Shown one piece after another: positions 18,980 through 29,212 of a stretch of DNA of 64,000 nucleotides (position 1 is the first letter of the stretch; each line of letters starts with the position of its first letter). The position numbers and the translations under genes were made by a program. The notes under the pieces were generated by a model. It was given only the letters and a program-made list of their open reading frames with translations. It ran no database searches and was not told where the DNA came from. The stretch covers positions 96,001 to 160,000 of the forward strand of contig JBEKDT010000002.1 in assembly GCA_050014195.1 (NCBI GenBank). Direction: 5' to 3'. This stretch comes from Desulfomonilia bacterium. GTDB lineage: Bacteria; Desulfobacterota; Desulfomonilia; UBA1062.

Positions 18980-19975
18980 TTAATAAAAATCCCCTGCTAA
19001 ATCATACCGGGGATTGATAACATATTTGCCGGTCTTATCGATGAATCCCCACTTACCATTTTTGCCTCCATCTTTTACAGCTGCCAATCCTTTAGAAAAG
19101 CCCAAGGCTTTATCAAACTGGGGATTAATTACATAATTACTTGCTCTATCAATATACCCCCAGTTACCTTCTACCCCGCCCACCTGGACAGCGGCTAAAC
19201 CCTCAGCATCATCAAATTGAAAATTGATAACAAGTTTAGCCATCTTGTCGATATAACCAAATTTTTGTTGGTAACTTAATATTCCAGCAACTCCGACAAG
19301 CGCCCAGCCTTCAGAAAACTGTCCGGCATCTTCAAACTGGGGTTGGATCACATATTTACCGCCTTTATTGATATAACCCCACTTACCTTTGTTTCCTTGT
19401 CCAATTTTGACATTTGCCAGACCTTCGTGAAAGTCACCCACTTCATTAAATTGAGGATTAATCACATATTTGCCGGTTCTATTGATAAATCCCCATCTTC
19501 CATTTTCACCGCCTACATTAATAGCAGCTAAGCCTTCAGAAAAGTCCTCGACCTCATCAAACTGTGGATAGATCTCATAGTCGCCAGCCTTATCGATATA
19601 ACCCCATTTCCCTTTTTTACCTCCAATATTGACAGCAGCCAGGTCCTCACTGAAAGACAAAGCTTCATCAAACTGAGGATAGATCTCATATTTACCGGCC
19701 TTATTGATATAACCCCACTTACCTTTTTCACCCGCTGTCTTTACGGCTGCCAATCCTTCAGAGAAACTGTTGTAATCTTCAAACTTGGGATTGTTGATTA
19801 CAATCCTACATTTCTTATCTATATAAAAATATTTATTATCTGTACTTACAAGCGCTAAAGCCGTTGCATCTTTTTGTTGATTGTTGTTACCATTGGTGCA
19901 CCCTACCTGGAAAAACGATGACACTAGTATCATAAGACAAGCTAATATAATGACAAATTTATTCAATTTAGCCAT
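18980..19975 (-). CDS. WG (KWG) repeat lipoprotein
   Basis: Signal ending VGC; about 7 repeats of FSEGLAAV..KWGYI.K.G.YVI.PQF. Confidence 0.9.
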   Translation of the reverse strand: MAKLNKFVIILACLMILVSSFFQVGCTNGNNNQQKDATALALVSTDNKYFYIDKKCRIVINNPKFEDYNSFSEGLAAVKTAGEKGKWGYINKAGKYEIYPQFDEALSFSEDLAAVNIGGKKGKWGYIDKAGDYEIYPQFDEVEDFSEGLAAINVGGENGRWGFINRTGKYVINPQFNEVGDFHEGLANVKIGQGNKGKWGYINKGGKYVIQPQFEDAGQFSEGWALVGVAGILSYQQKFGYIDKMAKLVINFQFDDAEGLAAVQVGGVEGNWGYIDRASNYVINPQFDKALGFSKGLAAVKDGGKNGKWGFIDKTGKYVINPRYDLAGDFY

Positions 19976-20227
19976 ACTCCCACGTTCAACACTCCCGAAC
20001 ACAGACATTTATAGTATCTTGTCAAACTAGAGACAATTTAAAGATGCATTCTATTGGTATTATCCTGCAGGAAAAGAGATCCCTTCCGCCGAGAAACCAC
20101 CTATAGATAGACCCAGACAAATACGACCGGCAGAGATATTTCAGTATATATGGTTTGTCAAAATCAGAACGCAGAAAGAAATTGAGTTGCTCGGATGTAT
20201 TTTGAGATACCTTATAGTTTCTTATGC

Positions 20228-20404
20228 CTATTTTTTCTTTAGTTCTTCACCACAACAAGAAAATGTGCATCCATTTACGCAGCATGAAGCAGAAGAGCCT
20301 CCTGGCTCCTTACATTCTTTGCATTCTTGAACTATTTTAATCTCAAGGCCACATTCCTTGCACATGTAAATCTCGTTTTTTTTCATTGTAGCGCAACTCA
20401 GCAT
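20228..20404 (-). CDS. 58-aa Cys-rich desulforedoxin/metallothionein-like protein
   Basis: AAGGAG RBS, ATG 20404; Y.CKECG..I.IV...CKEC...CC...C...CCGEEL; 10 Cys. Confidence 0.75.
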   Translation of the reverse strand: MLSCATMKKNEIYMCKECGLEIKIVQECKECKEPGGSSASCCVNGCTFSCCGEELKKK

Positions 20405-20540
20405 AGATATCTCCTTCACTTTTCTTTTGAGTTGATAATAATTGTTGAACATCCAGAAACAAGTACCCATCGTGTGCTCAAATCCTGTTAAGCTGGATTA
20501 TTGTTCTTCTTGTTATTAGAGGTCCATTTTTCTGGCAGGC

Positions 20541-20576
20541 TTGACTTTCATGGGAATGGTATTACTATGTATTACC
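20541..20576 (+). promoter_or_regulatory. sigma70 promoter with overlapping operator-like dyad (Zur/Fur-family candidate)
   Basis: TTGACT(20541)-16-TACTAT(20563); GGTATTAC-TAT-GTATTACC at 20558-20576 covers the -10. Confidence 0.5.
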
Positions 20577-20636
20577 GAAGAAATCCTGAGTTGAGAGAAA
20601 AATAATAGACAACACTATATTGTGAGGAGGTAACAT

Positions 20637-21578
20637 ATGAACAAAAAAGTATTTTTCGGAATAGTTATTCTAACCATGGGTGCTGTTATTTTTTCAATTG
20701 GGTGTAATAGTTCAAGCCATACAGGAGCAGAAGGCTCACACAAGATTAAAGTTGTGACAACACTTTTCCCCCTCTATGACTTTGCGAAAAATGTCGGAAA
20801 AGATAAGGTAGAGGTTTCATTGCTGCTTCCTCCTGGTGTGGAGGCCCATTCATTTGAACCCAAACCAAGTGACATTATCAAGATTAATGAAGCGGATCTT
20901 TTTGTGTATACAGGCAAATTTATGGAGCCATGGGCGGCAGGTGTAATAAAAGGTGTTTCAAATAAGAATCTCATTGTAATTGATGCAAGCCAAGGCACGA
21001 AGATGATTCCTGGTGTATTTCACGATGAAGATGAACCTGCAGGATCACTTGACCCTCATATTTGGCTTGATTTTGATAATGCCAAAATAATGATTAACAA
21101 CATCATGCAGGGCTTACAAACCAAGGATACTTTAAATAAGGATTTTTATAAAGAGAAAGCAGATGAATATAACAAGAAGCTAACTGAAATGGATATTACG
21201 TACAGCACAACTCTCTCCCCTTACAAAGGCAAAACGATCATTTATGGAGGACATTATGCTTTCGGTTATTTGGCTCGCCGGTATGGTTTGATCTATCTGG
21301 CCGCCCAGGGTGTCTCTCCTGATGCCGAACCTACTGCCAACGACCTTGCCAAACTGGTGGAGCAGATAAAAAAAGACAACATCAAATATGTTTACTATGA
21401 AGAGCTTACAAGCCCCAAGATTGCCGAAACGATTGCCAATGAAACGAATGCGAAAATGCTGCTTCTCAATGCAGCTCATAATTTGACAAAGGATCAATTT
21501 GAGCATGGCTTATCATTTCTTGATATTCTAAAAGAGGATCTTGCTAATTTGAAAGTCGGGCTCCAAGCCCAACAGTAA
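20637..21578 (+). CDS. Zn/Mn ABC transporter substrate-binding lipoprotein (ZnuA/AdcA family)
   Basis: Lipobox SIGC; VVTTLFPLYDF, EAHSFEP, DPHIWLD, HYAFGYLARRYGL, EPT; GAGGAGG RBS. Confidence 0.9.
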   Translation: MNKKVFFGIVILTMGAVIFSIGCNSSSHTGAEGSHKIKVVTTLFPLYDFAKNVGKDKVEVSLLLPPGVEAHSFEPKPSDIIKINEADLFVYTGKFMEPWAAGVIKGVSNKNLIVIDASQGTKMIPGVFHDEDEPAGSLDPHIWLDFDNAKIMINNIMQGLQTKDTLNKDFYKEKADEYNKKLTEMDITYSTTLSPYKGKTIIYGGHYAFGYLARRYGLIYLAAQGVSPDAEPTANDLAKLVEQIKKDNIKYVYYEELTSPKIAETIANETNAKMLLLNAAHNLTKDQFEHGLSFLDILKEDLANLKVGLQAQQ

Positions 21579-21696
21579 GACCCAGGTAATGGTCTCGTGA
21601 TTGACACCAGCTGAAGATTATGTGCCAGAACCAGTACTCTGAGCCTGTAGGATTATCTGCATGAAGAATTAATCAGATAATCATGGATAACAAAAT

Positions 21697-21737
21697 GGGC
21701 CTTCCTTCCAGGAAGTTTCTCCCTAGAAGGAAGGCCC
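21697..21737. terminator. stem-loop between convergent genes
   Basis: GGGCCTTCCTTC...GAAGGAAGGCCC 12-bp stem, ATTTTG on the minus-strand 3' side. Confidence 0.6.
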
Positions 21738-21775
21738 TGCTTTCTGATAGATATTTCTCGTTTCAGTCCAGTATT

Positions 21776-23701
21776 CTACTGAATAGTGATCCTAGGCTTC
21801 TCCACGACACTATAATACAATCCCGGGTCACCTTTTGGTAATGGGAATACTTCGCCAAGGAAATACATCAAGGCCATCCATGGCTTGAGTTCGATTTCAT
21901 CCCCACCGGTACCGGAAATCGTCTGACCCGTTAAAATACGATGATAGGTCATGAAAGCGGTAATGGAGGTTATTGGATTCCCGCTCATATCTCGCGGAAT
22001 AATCTGCATGCCGGGAGGCAATTTGGCGGTGACTGCACCCATCATCTCCAATGCATAGAGATCCGCAACACCATGATAGAGTTTTGTAGTGGGATCATTG
22101 TTAGTAATATCCACAGGTGTTGTTGGACCCATGCATAAGGGATCAGCAGGAGAGTAAACAGAAACATTCGTGACACCCTGCAAATACTGCGCAAGACTCG
22201 TTTTATACGTTATATTTAACCCCGAGAAATTGAGGTAATAATCGGATCCCAGCGTAGGGCCAATGGTGAGGCCCGCTTCACAGATAGTGCGTAAATCCGC
22301 CCCTGTTACATAGAAAGATAAGAGGGGGTAACCGAGTACAGGCTGGTTCGTGTCAGGCGAGATACCCAGAGGCAACGCGTCATAAATATCTGCAAATGTG
22401 ATATCACCAGCCTCAGCAGGAGTCCGGGTAGGGAATATATCGTCGCGAATAACACCGTTTTCAACCACACTGAAATCAAAAGCCTTTTCTGCCGTGTACG
22501 GTGCAAAGGCAGTAGCAATGGTTCTGAAAGAATCTGCTGAAAGATCGCCCAGTTCTGATTCCCCTGTGCCTGACTTTTGTAAGGGAGAACTGGTATATGA
22601 AATCGGAGCTGTCAAATTAACGCCAAGAGCAGACAGGCTGTAATTTAAGTCGGCATTATAATTGCTGACAATTCCTTGCATTGTAGCATCACCTTGAATG
22701 GTATCATTCACTGGGATAAGGGTGTACTTGTAATTAACGATCTTACCCAGAAAATAATTGTAGGTAATGTCTATCCTGCTGAGATACTCACCATATGCAC
22801 CCGGTTCAAAGATTATGGTATTCGAAGGCCCCACGACATAAGCAGATGGGGTTGCAGTATGGTAATGACCTGAACAGATTAGATTGATCCCAGTGATGTT
22901 GTTGGCCAAATTAACATCGTCTCCGGTAGGGATTGTACTGCCGCTAGGAGGGTTATTAATGCCGCCATGGGACAAGGCGATGACAACCTGAACACAATCC
23001 TTGTTCAACAGGTTATTCACTAGTTGCTGAATATCAGAGTATGCATGGTCAAACGTCACAGGTGGTGCTGCCGGTGCCTCCGAATCGGCATTCGGGCCCA
23101 TGAGTCCCAGAACGCCGATCTTCACACCATAGGGAAGCTGTATGATCTTTTTATTCACAATAACACCAGAATTAATAAGAGACTGAATTGGGTTAGGTGG
23201 AGTACTGGTAGGAACAGTCATATTGCTTGCAATAACCGGAACATTAAATCCTCCATTACTAACCCCATTTCCCAAAAGCAGTGCCAGGCCCGAGTCAGAC
23301 CAGTCAAACTCATGATTGCCCAAGGTGACTGCATCATATTTCATTTGGGTGAAATATTTGAGGGCAGCGGGGCCATAATTAGGATCCTTGGCAGTCATAT
23401 CATAAACTGTCCCCATGAAATAATCACCCGAATCAAAGAGCAATACCGGAATCTGATTTGCAGCCTGCTGCTTACGTATTGTGTTAATGAGGGCGGCCAA
23501 CCTTGAATATCCGCCGAGAACCTGATCTTTATCGGCGGTATTTAAGGGGGTGTAATCGAGAAACGGTCCATACCCGCCGGCATGGTTATGGACATCCGAG
23601 GTCTGCAGGATTGTTATGGAGACGTTTCCCAAGATACAGGCACTGGTGAATAGTATAAGTAAAGAAATTCCAACCCATGCGCATATTTTTAGTGCTTTCA
23701 T
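21776..23701 (-). CDS. secreted metallophosphatase / 5'-nucleotidase family protein
   Basis: ILQTSDVH, DSGDY, LGNHEFD, LSHGG, CSGHYH; C-terminal NGVIRD..ITFADIYDALPLG. Confidence 0.9.
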   Translation of the reverse strand: MKALKICAWVGISLLILFTSACILGNVSITILQTSDVHNHAGGYGPFLDYTPLNTADKDQVLGGYSRLAALINTIRKQQAANQIPVLLFDSGDYFMGTVYDMTAKDPNYGPAALKYFTQMKYDAVTLGNHEFDWSDSGLALLLGNGVSNGGFNVPVIASNMTVPTSTPPNPIQSLINSGVIVNKKIIQLPYGVKIGVLGLMGPNADSEAPAAPPVTFDHAYSDIQQLVNNLLNKDCVQVVIALSHGGINNPPSGSTIPTGDDVNLANNITGINLICSGHYHTATPSAYVVGPSNTIIFEPGAYGEYLSRIDITYNYFLGKIVNYKYTLIPVNDTIQGDATMQGIVSNYNADLNYSLSALGVNLTAPISYTSSPLQKSGTGESELGDLSADSFRTIATAFAPYTAEKAFDFSVVENGVIRDDIFPTRTPAEAGDITFADIYDALPLGISPDTNQPVLGYPLLSFYVTGADLRTICEAGLTIGPTLGSDYYLNFSGLNITYKTSLAQYLQGVTNVSVYSPADPLCMGPTTPVDITNNDPTTKLYHGVADLYALEMMGAVTAKLPPGMQIIPRDMSGNPITSITAFMTYHRILTGQTISGTGGDEIELKPWMALMYFLGEVFPLPKGDPGLYYSVVEKPRITIQ

Positions 23702-23917
23702 AAGGAACCTCCTCTTTGATATGGATCTTGTTGATATGTCTATGATAATTTTAAGCAGATTAAATTTCTACACAAAAATGATTTGCAAAAATAATACCGA
23801 ATAGTCATTTTTTAATTTTGCAGTGATTTTGATGAAATATGCATATTTCAATTATGTAACCTGCCGATTAAAGTAATTCTCTTCTATAATAATGGAATAA
23901 TATTTCCATCATCATGA

Positions 23918-24538
23918 TTGATCGTATATATCTTTTTGCTTCCATTCTCCACCTGGGCAATGACCCCGCTTACCGATTCCGAGCTTTCAGATGTCAATGG
24001 TCAGGCAGGTGTAAGCATCATGCCGAATATTGCCATGAATATCCACTTTGACGTCCTGGCCTGGGGAGATTCAGACGGCCTTGGGTCAAACAACATCTGG
24101 GGTGGTCAAACGAGTGGCGGATATGTCGGACTAACTAATTTCAACATCACCAATCTCCAGATCAAGCTCCGTGATGATGACAATTATAACGGATACAATT
24201 CACTTATGATGAAGCCGATTACTATCGACGTAGCAACCGGCTACATACCATATGGAGCCGATACCACATTTGTCCGCATCGGGCCGGGTGCTCTTAAGAT
24301 CAGTATGGACCAGATGCAATTTGATGTTGCACTAGGTCCACATGTCGATACAACTACCGGTAATACTCCAGTTTTAAAACAGGTTCTAGGAGTTGCTACG
24401 CTGGGTCCAATGGATGTGTACGTTAACCCACAAAGTTATGTTGATGTCTACTCGCATGCAAGTCACGGGGTTACTTTTAATGTGAATATGATACTTGACA
24501 GCATAAATATAGCTTATGTGTCATGGGGTGGACATTAG
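23918..24538 (+). CDS. DUF6160/FilA-like secreted beta-rich protein; 5' end possibly eroded
   Basis: WAMTPLTDSELSDVNGQAGVSI N-terminal motif; TTG start directly after an in-frame TGA. Confidence 0.65.
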   Translation: MIVYIFLLPFSTWAMTPLTDSELSDVNGQAGVSIMPNIAMNIHFDVLAWGDSDGLGSNNIWGGQTSGGYVGLTNFNITNLQIKLRDDDNYNGYNSLMMKPITIDVATGYIPYGADTTFVRIGPGALKISMDQMQFDVALGPHVDTTTGNTPVLKQVLGVATLGPMDVYVNPQSYVDVYSHASHGVTFNVNMILDSINIAYVSWGGH

Positions 24539-24598
24539 TATAAACCGTCCTCCATCAAATTCTCCTTGGCACCATCAATCACAGGTGGAATAAGCTTA

Positions 24599-25192
24599 TC
24601 ACAATTTGTATTTATCAAGGGCATACTCTACTTTAACTTCCCCAAAATTCAGTATAGTATAAACCTCGCCAACTCCAGGTGCTAAATAAGAGAATCCATC
24701 GAAGTGCTGCATTTTCTTATCAGCCTGAAAAGACATTTTCAGACAATTTTTATATTGGCGATTATCTAATTCTACTGTTTCAATTTTCTCAGCTTGATAT
24801 CGTGTCTGTCCATCTGATGTACGTGCTGTCCAAGTGGTTCCCACTTTTATCGGAAATGGTGTCACTAAATACTCTGGCCGTGCATTATTATTTTCATCAA
24901 TTTTGTAGATACCCTCTTTTGTCCTCCTGTTGAAACTTATATGTGGCTTTTCGCCGGGAATCCCAGATGTAAGAGTGACCTGCTTATAATACGTCTTACC
25001 GTTGATGGTTTCTTCACCATTAATACGGATTATCATCCTTCCTTTATAAACCCCACCAGGCGTTGTATACTTTAACAAGTATTCCCATTGTGTTCCATTA
25101 GAGGCTTTAGGAAAGTAGATCTCGCCTGGCTGTTGTTTTGAACATGCAAATAGAATCAACAACACAATAAACATATATAAAGCTTTTCGCAT
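24599..25192 (-). CDS. hypothetical lipoprotein
   Basis: AAGGGAG RBS; MRKALYMFIVLLILFAC lipobox; YFP...G..WEY, P.KVG..W, YLAPGVG motifs. Confidence 0.8.
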   Translation of the reverse strand: MRKALYMFIVLLILFACSKQQPGEIYFPKASNGTQWEYLLKYTTPGGVYKGRMIIRINGEETINGKTYYKQVTLTSGIPGEKPHISFNRRTKEGIYKIDENNNARPEYLVTPFPIKVGTTWTARTSDGQTRYQAEKIETVELDNRQYKNCLKMSFQADKKMQHFDGFSYLAPGVGEVYTILNFGEVKVEYALDKYKL

Positions 25193-25452
25193 CTTATATA
25201 TTTCTCCCTTAAACCATTTTCTTATATATTGATAAGTCACTACAGCAAGAGGCTAAATCCTTATATAACAAAGTGACAGTACATCGCTACATATATTGTG
25301 TCTTTTCAAAGACAAATGTTTGTAAAACCCATCTCTTCTTGAGCATAGCAAAGAATCTCATTCTTTGGTAATATACATAACCGAGATTTGAACAACAGCC
25401 TGAAACATACGGAAACTATAGCCGAACACAGCCATATGAGGAGGAAGTTACT

Positions 25453-26742
25453 ATGAGCGAGATACTTGATGTCTTGGCACGGGAGATTCTTGATTCACGG
25501 GGAAATCCGACCGTTGAGGTGGATGTCTATCTGTCTACCGGCGACATGGGCAGGGCAGCCGTTCCCTCGGGCGCATCCACCGGAGCCAGTGAGGCCGTTG
25601 AGCTGCGTGATGGTGACCCCAAGAGATACAAGGGCAAAGGCACCACCAAGGCGGTAGAAAATGTGAATAAAAAGATCGCACCCGCCCTGGTGGGGTTGGA
25701 TGTCCTGGACCAGGTGGGTATAGATAGTCTGCTGATCGAGCTGGATGAGACCGAGAACAAATCAAAGCTCGGTGCCAACGCAACCACAGGGGTGTCCGTG
25801 GCTGTGGCACGGGCAGCTGCGAACTTCTTCGGTCTGCCGCTTTATCGGTACATCGGCGGGGCGTTTGCCCGGGAAATCCCGGTCCCGCAGATGAACATCA
25901 TCAACGGCGGCAAGCATGCGGACAACAATGTGGACCTGCAGGAATTCATGGTAACGCCCATCGGCGCCCCGAACTTCCGGGAGGCCCTGCGCTACGCGGC
26001 CGAGACCTTTCACGCTCTGCGTGAGATCCTTATCAAAAATGATTATGCCACAGGCGTGGGTGACGAGGGTGGGTTTGCACCCAACCTCAAGTCCAATGCC
26101 GAGCCCTTCCAGCTCATTGTGCAGGCCATCGAGAAGGCCGGCTATAAGCCCGGCGAGGATGTGGCCATTGCCATAGATGCTGCTGCCAGCTCCTTCTACA
26201 AGGATGGGAAGTACATCCTGGCCTCCGAGAAGGACCCGGAGCGGACTGCCGAGGAGATGATCGACTTCTATGAGGAGCTCATCAAGAAATACCCCATAGT
26301 CTCCCTGGAAGACGGCCTTGACGAGGCAGACTGGGACGGTTGGAAAAAGCTCATGAAGCGCCTGGGCGGCAAGGTCCAGATCGTCGGCGACGACATCTTC
26401 GTGACCAACCCAAAGTTCCTTGCACGAGGCATAAAGGAAAAGGCAGCCAACTCCATCCTCATCAAGGTGAACCAGATCGGGACACTGACCGAGACCATGC
26501 AGACCGTTGAGATGGCCCGCAGGGCCGGGTTCACCACAGTCTTTTCCCACCGCTCCGGCGAGACCGAGGACGCCTGGCTGGCAGACGTGGCGGTCGGGTA
26601 CAGCGGAGGCCAGCTCAAGACCGGCTCAACTTCCCGGGGAGAGAGACTTGCCAAGTACAACCAGCTCATGCGCATCGAGGAAGAGCTCGGGGCCTCGTCC
26701 GTGTTCAGAGGGAAGGATGTGCTGTACAGCATCAAAAAGTAA
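25453..26742 (+). CDS. eno: enolase
   Basis: [59 protein letters not shown]. Confidence 0.98.
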   Translation: MSEILDVLAREILDSRGNPTVEVDVYLSTGDMGRAAVPSGASTGASEAVELRDGDPKRYKGKGTTKAVENVNKKIAPALVGLDVLDQVGIDSLLIELDETENKSKLGANATTGVSVAVARAAANFFGLPLYRYIGGAFAREIPVPQMNIINGGKHADNNVDLQEFMVTPIGAPNFREALRYAAETFHALREILIKNDYATGVGDEGGFAPNLKSNAEPFQLIVQAIEKAGYKPGEDVAIAIDAAASSFYKDGKYILASEKDPERTAEEMIDFYEELIKKYPIVSLEDGLDEADWDGWKKLMKRLGGKVQIVGDDIFVTNPKFLARGIKEKAANSILIKVNQIGTLTETMQTVEMARRAGFTTVFSHRSGETEDAWLADVAVGYSGGQLKTGSTSRGERLAKYNQLMRIEEELGASSVFRGKDVLYSIKK

Positions 26743-26747
26743 ATGTC

Positions 26748-26772
26748 AGGGGGGCTGACGCCCCCCTTTTTT
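26748..26772 (+). terminator. Rho-independent terminator of eno
   Basis: AGGGGGGC-TGAC-GCCCCCCT followed by TTTTT. Confidence 0.85.
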
Positions 26773-26913
26773 GTGAACAGTGATCACTGATCACTCAAAC
26801 ATCCCATCCTTGCTTTTTTTTCATGTTTGGATTAACCATCCCGTTTTATGTGTGTATTACACTCTAAGGAGTCATGCCTTTGAGCATACCTTACCAGTGA
26901 GAGAGGAGGCACA

Positions 26914-28089
26914 ATGAGGGAAGTCGTCATCACCTCTGCAGTCAGGACACCAAATGGGAGTTTTGGTGGTTCATTGTCTCAGATGAGCCCGATAAAGTAT
27001 GGAGCCATAGCCATTGAAGAGGCAATCAAACGTTCAAAGATCGAGAAAGGACAGGTAAACGAGGTTATCTTGGGCATGGTCCTGCCCTGCGGCCATGGCC
27101 AGAACCCTGCAAGAATCGCGGCAGTCCAGGCAGGTCTGCCGTGGGATGCCGGATGCCTCACCATCAACAAGGTGTGCGGCTCTGCCCTGAAGGCCATGAT
27201 GCTCGCCGTCCAGGCCATCCAGACCCACGATGCAGACGTCGTAGTGGCTGGCGGCATGGAGAATATGAGTATGGCACCCTACTACCTCGATAAGGCCCGT
27301 TTTGGTTATCGCATGGGTCCAGGATCAATCCAGGACCATATGGTGCACGACGGCCTGTGGGATGTGGTGAATGATTTCCATATGGGTATCTCCAATGAAC
27401 TCTGCTCTGAAAAGTACCATATCTCCCGCGAGGACCAGGACCGGTATGCCCAGCGGTCATACAGCCTTGCACTGAAATCTATAAAGGAGGGGAAGTTCGC
27501 CGAAGAGATCGTGCCGGTGGGCGTACCCCAGCGAAAAGGAGATCCTAAGATCTTCAGCGTGGATGAGTGCCCGCGCGAGACTACCTATGAGATGCTCAGT
27601 AAAATGCCGAGCGCCTTCAAGAAGGGCGGCGTCACCACTGCAGGCAATGCATCCACTATTTCGGACGGTGCATCTGCGGTGGTACTCATGGCAAAAGAGA
27701 GGGCCAAGGAACTCGGGTGTACCATCCTTGCCACCATCGGCGCCCAGGCCACTGCGGGCCTCGACATGAAATATGTTCTCGTTGCCCCCATCCTTGCCAT
27801 ACCCAAGGTATTGAAGAAGGAAGGGATCGGGCTTAAAGACGTGGACTTCTTTGAGATTAATGAGGCCTTTGCAGGTTCGACCCTGGCGGTCATCCGTGAG
27901 CTCGGCATCGACATGGACAAGGTGAACGTAAACGGCGGCAGCATTGCGCTGGGCCACCCGATAGGCTCCAGCGGTACCCGTGTATTCACCACCCTGATCC
28001 ATGAGATGAAACGCAAGGACAAGACCATAGGCCTGGCAACGCTCTGCCTGGGCGGGGGCGAGGCAGTGGCTTTGATTGTAAGGCGTTAG
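26914..28089 (+). CDS. acetyl-CoA C-acetyltransferase (thiolase)
   Basis: INKVCGS active Cys, GGMENMS, NEAFA, GHPIG, LCLGGG. Confidence 0.95.
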   Translation: MREVVITSAVRTPNGSFGGSLSQMSPIKYGAIAIEEAIKRSKIEKGQVNEVILGMVLPCGHGQNPARIAAVQAGLPWDAGCLTINKVCGSALKAMMLAVQAIQTHDADVVVAGGMENMSMAPYYLDKARFGYRMGPGSIQDHMVHDGLWDVVNDFHMGISNELCSEKYHISREDQDRYAQRSYSLALKSIKEGKFAEEIVPVGVPQRKGDPKIFSVDECPRETTYEMLSKMPSAFKKGGVTTAGNASTISDGASAVVLMAKERAKELGCTILATIGAQATAGLDMKYVLVAPILAIPKVLKKEGIGLKDVDFFEINEAFAGSTLAVIRELGIDMDKVNVNGGSIALGHPIGSSGTRVFTTLIHEMKRKDKTIGLATLCLGGGEAVALIVRR

Positions 28090-28127
28090 TGGATATCGTT
28101 TCCCTCTAAATATAAAAGGAGCAAACC

Positions 28128-28979
<852 letters not shown>

Positions 28980-29000
28980 AAACTAAAGGCGCCTGGTAAT

Positions 29001-29141
29001 TGAGGAGCACCTTCCGGTGCGACCCATTCCCAATGTCGCGGCTAAAGCCGCTCCTACAATATACAACATATTATCGAGATGGAGGAGAGCCTTCAGGCGC
29101 GACCCATTTTTGGATGTCGCGGCTAAAGCCGCTCCTACAAT
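29001..29141. repeat. two tandem REP doublets (REPIN-like, GTAG-tagged)
   Basis: Identical ATGTCGCGGCTAAAGCCGCTCCTACAAT at 29033-29060 and 29114-29141 (reverse complement contains GTAGGAGCGGCTTTAGCCGCGA), each preceded by a degenerate inverted partner; 81-bp period. Confidence 0.85.
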
Positions 29142-29212
29142 TATTCATTCTGGTCGGATGATTCAGTTTCTCGTCACTATTCACCAGTCGCTTCCTTTCC
29201 GATCACTGCTCA

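Noticed and set aside
25299-25367. Two short palindromes upstream of eno (TGTCTTT-TC-AAAGACA and CAAAGAAT-CTC-ATTCTTTG)
   Set aside because: Could be operators, but arms are short and AT-rich, differ from each other, and no regulator can be assigned.
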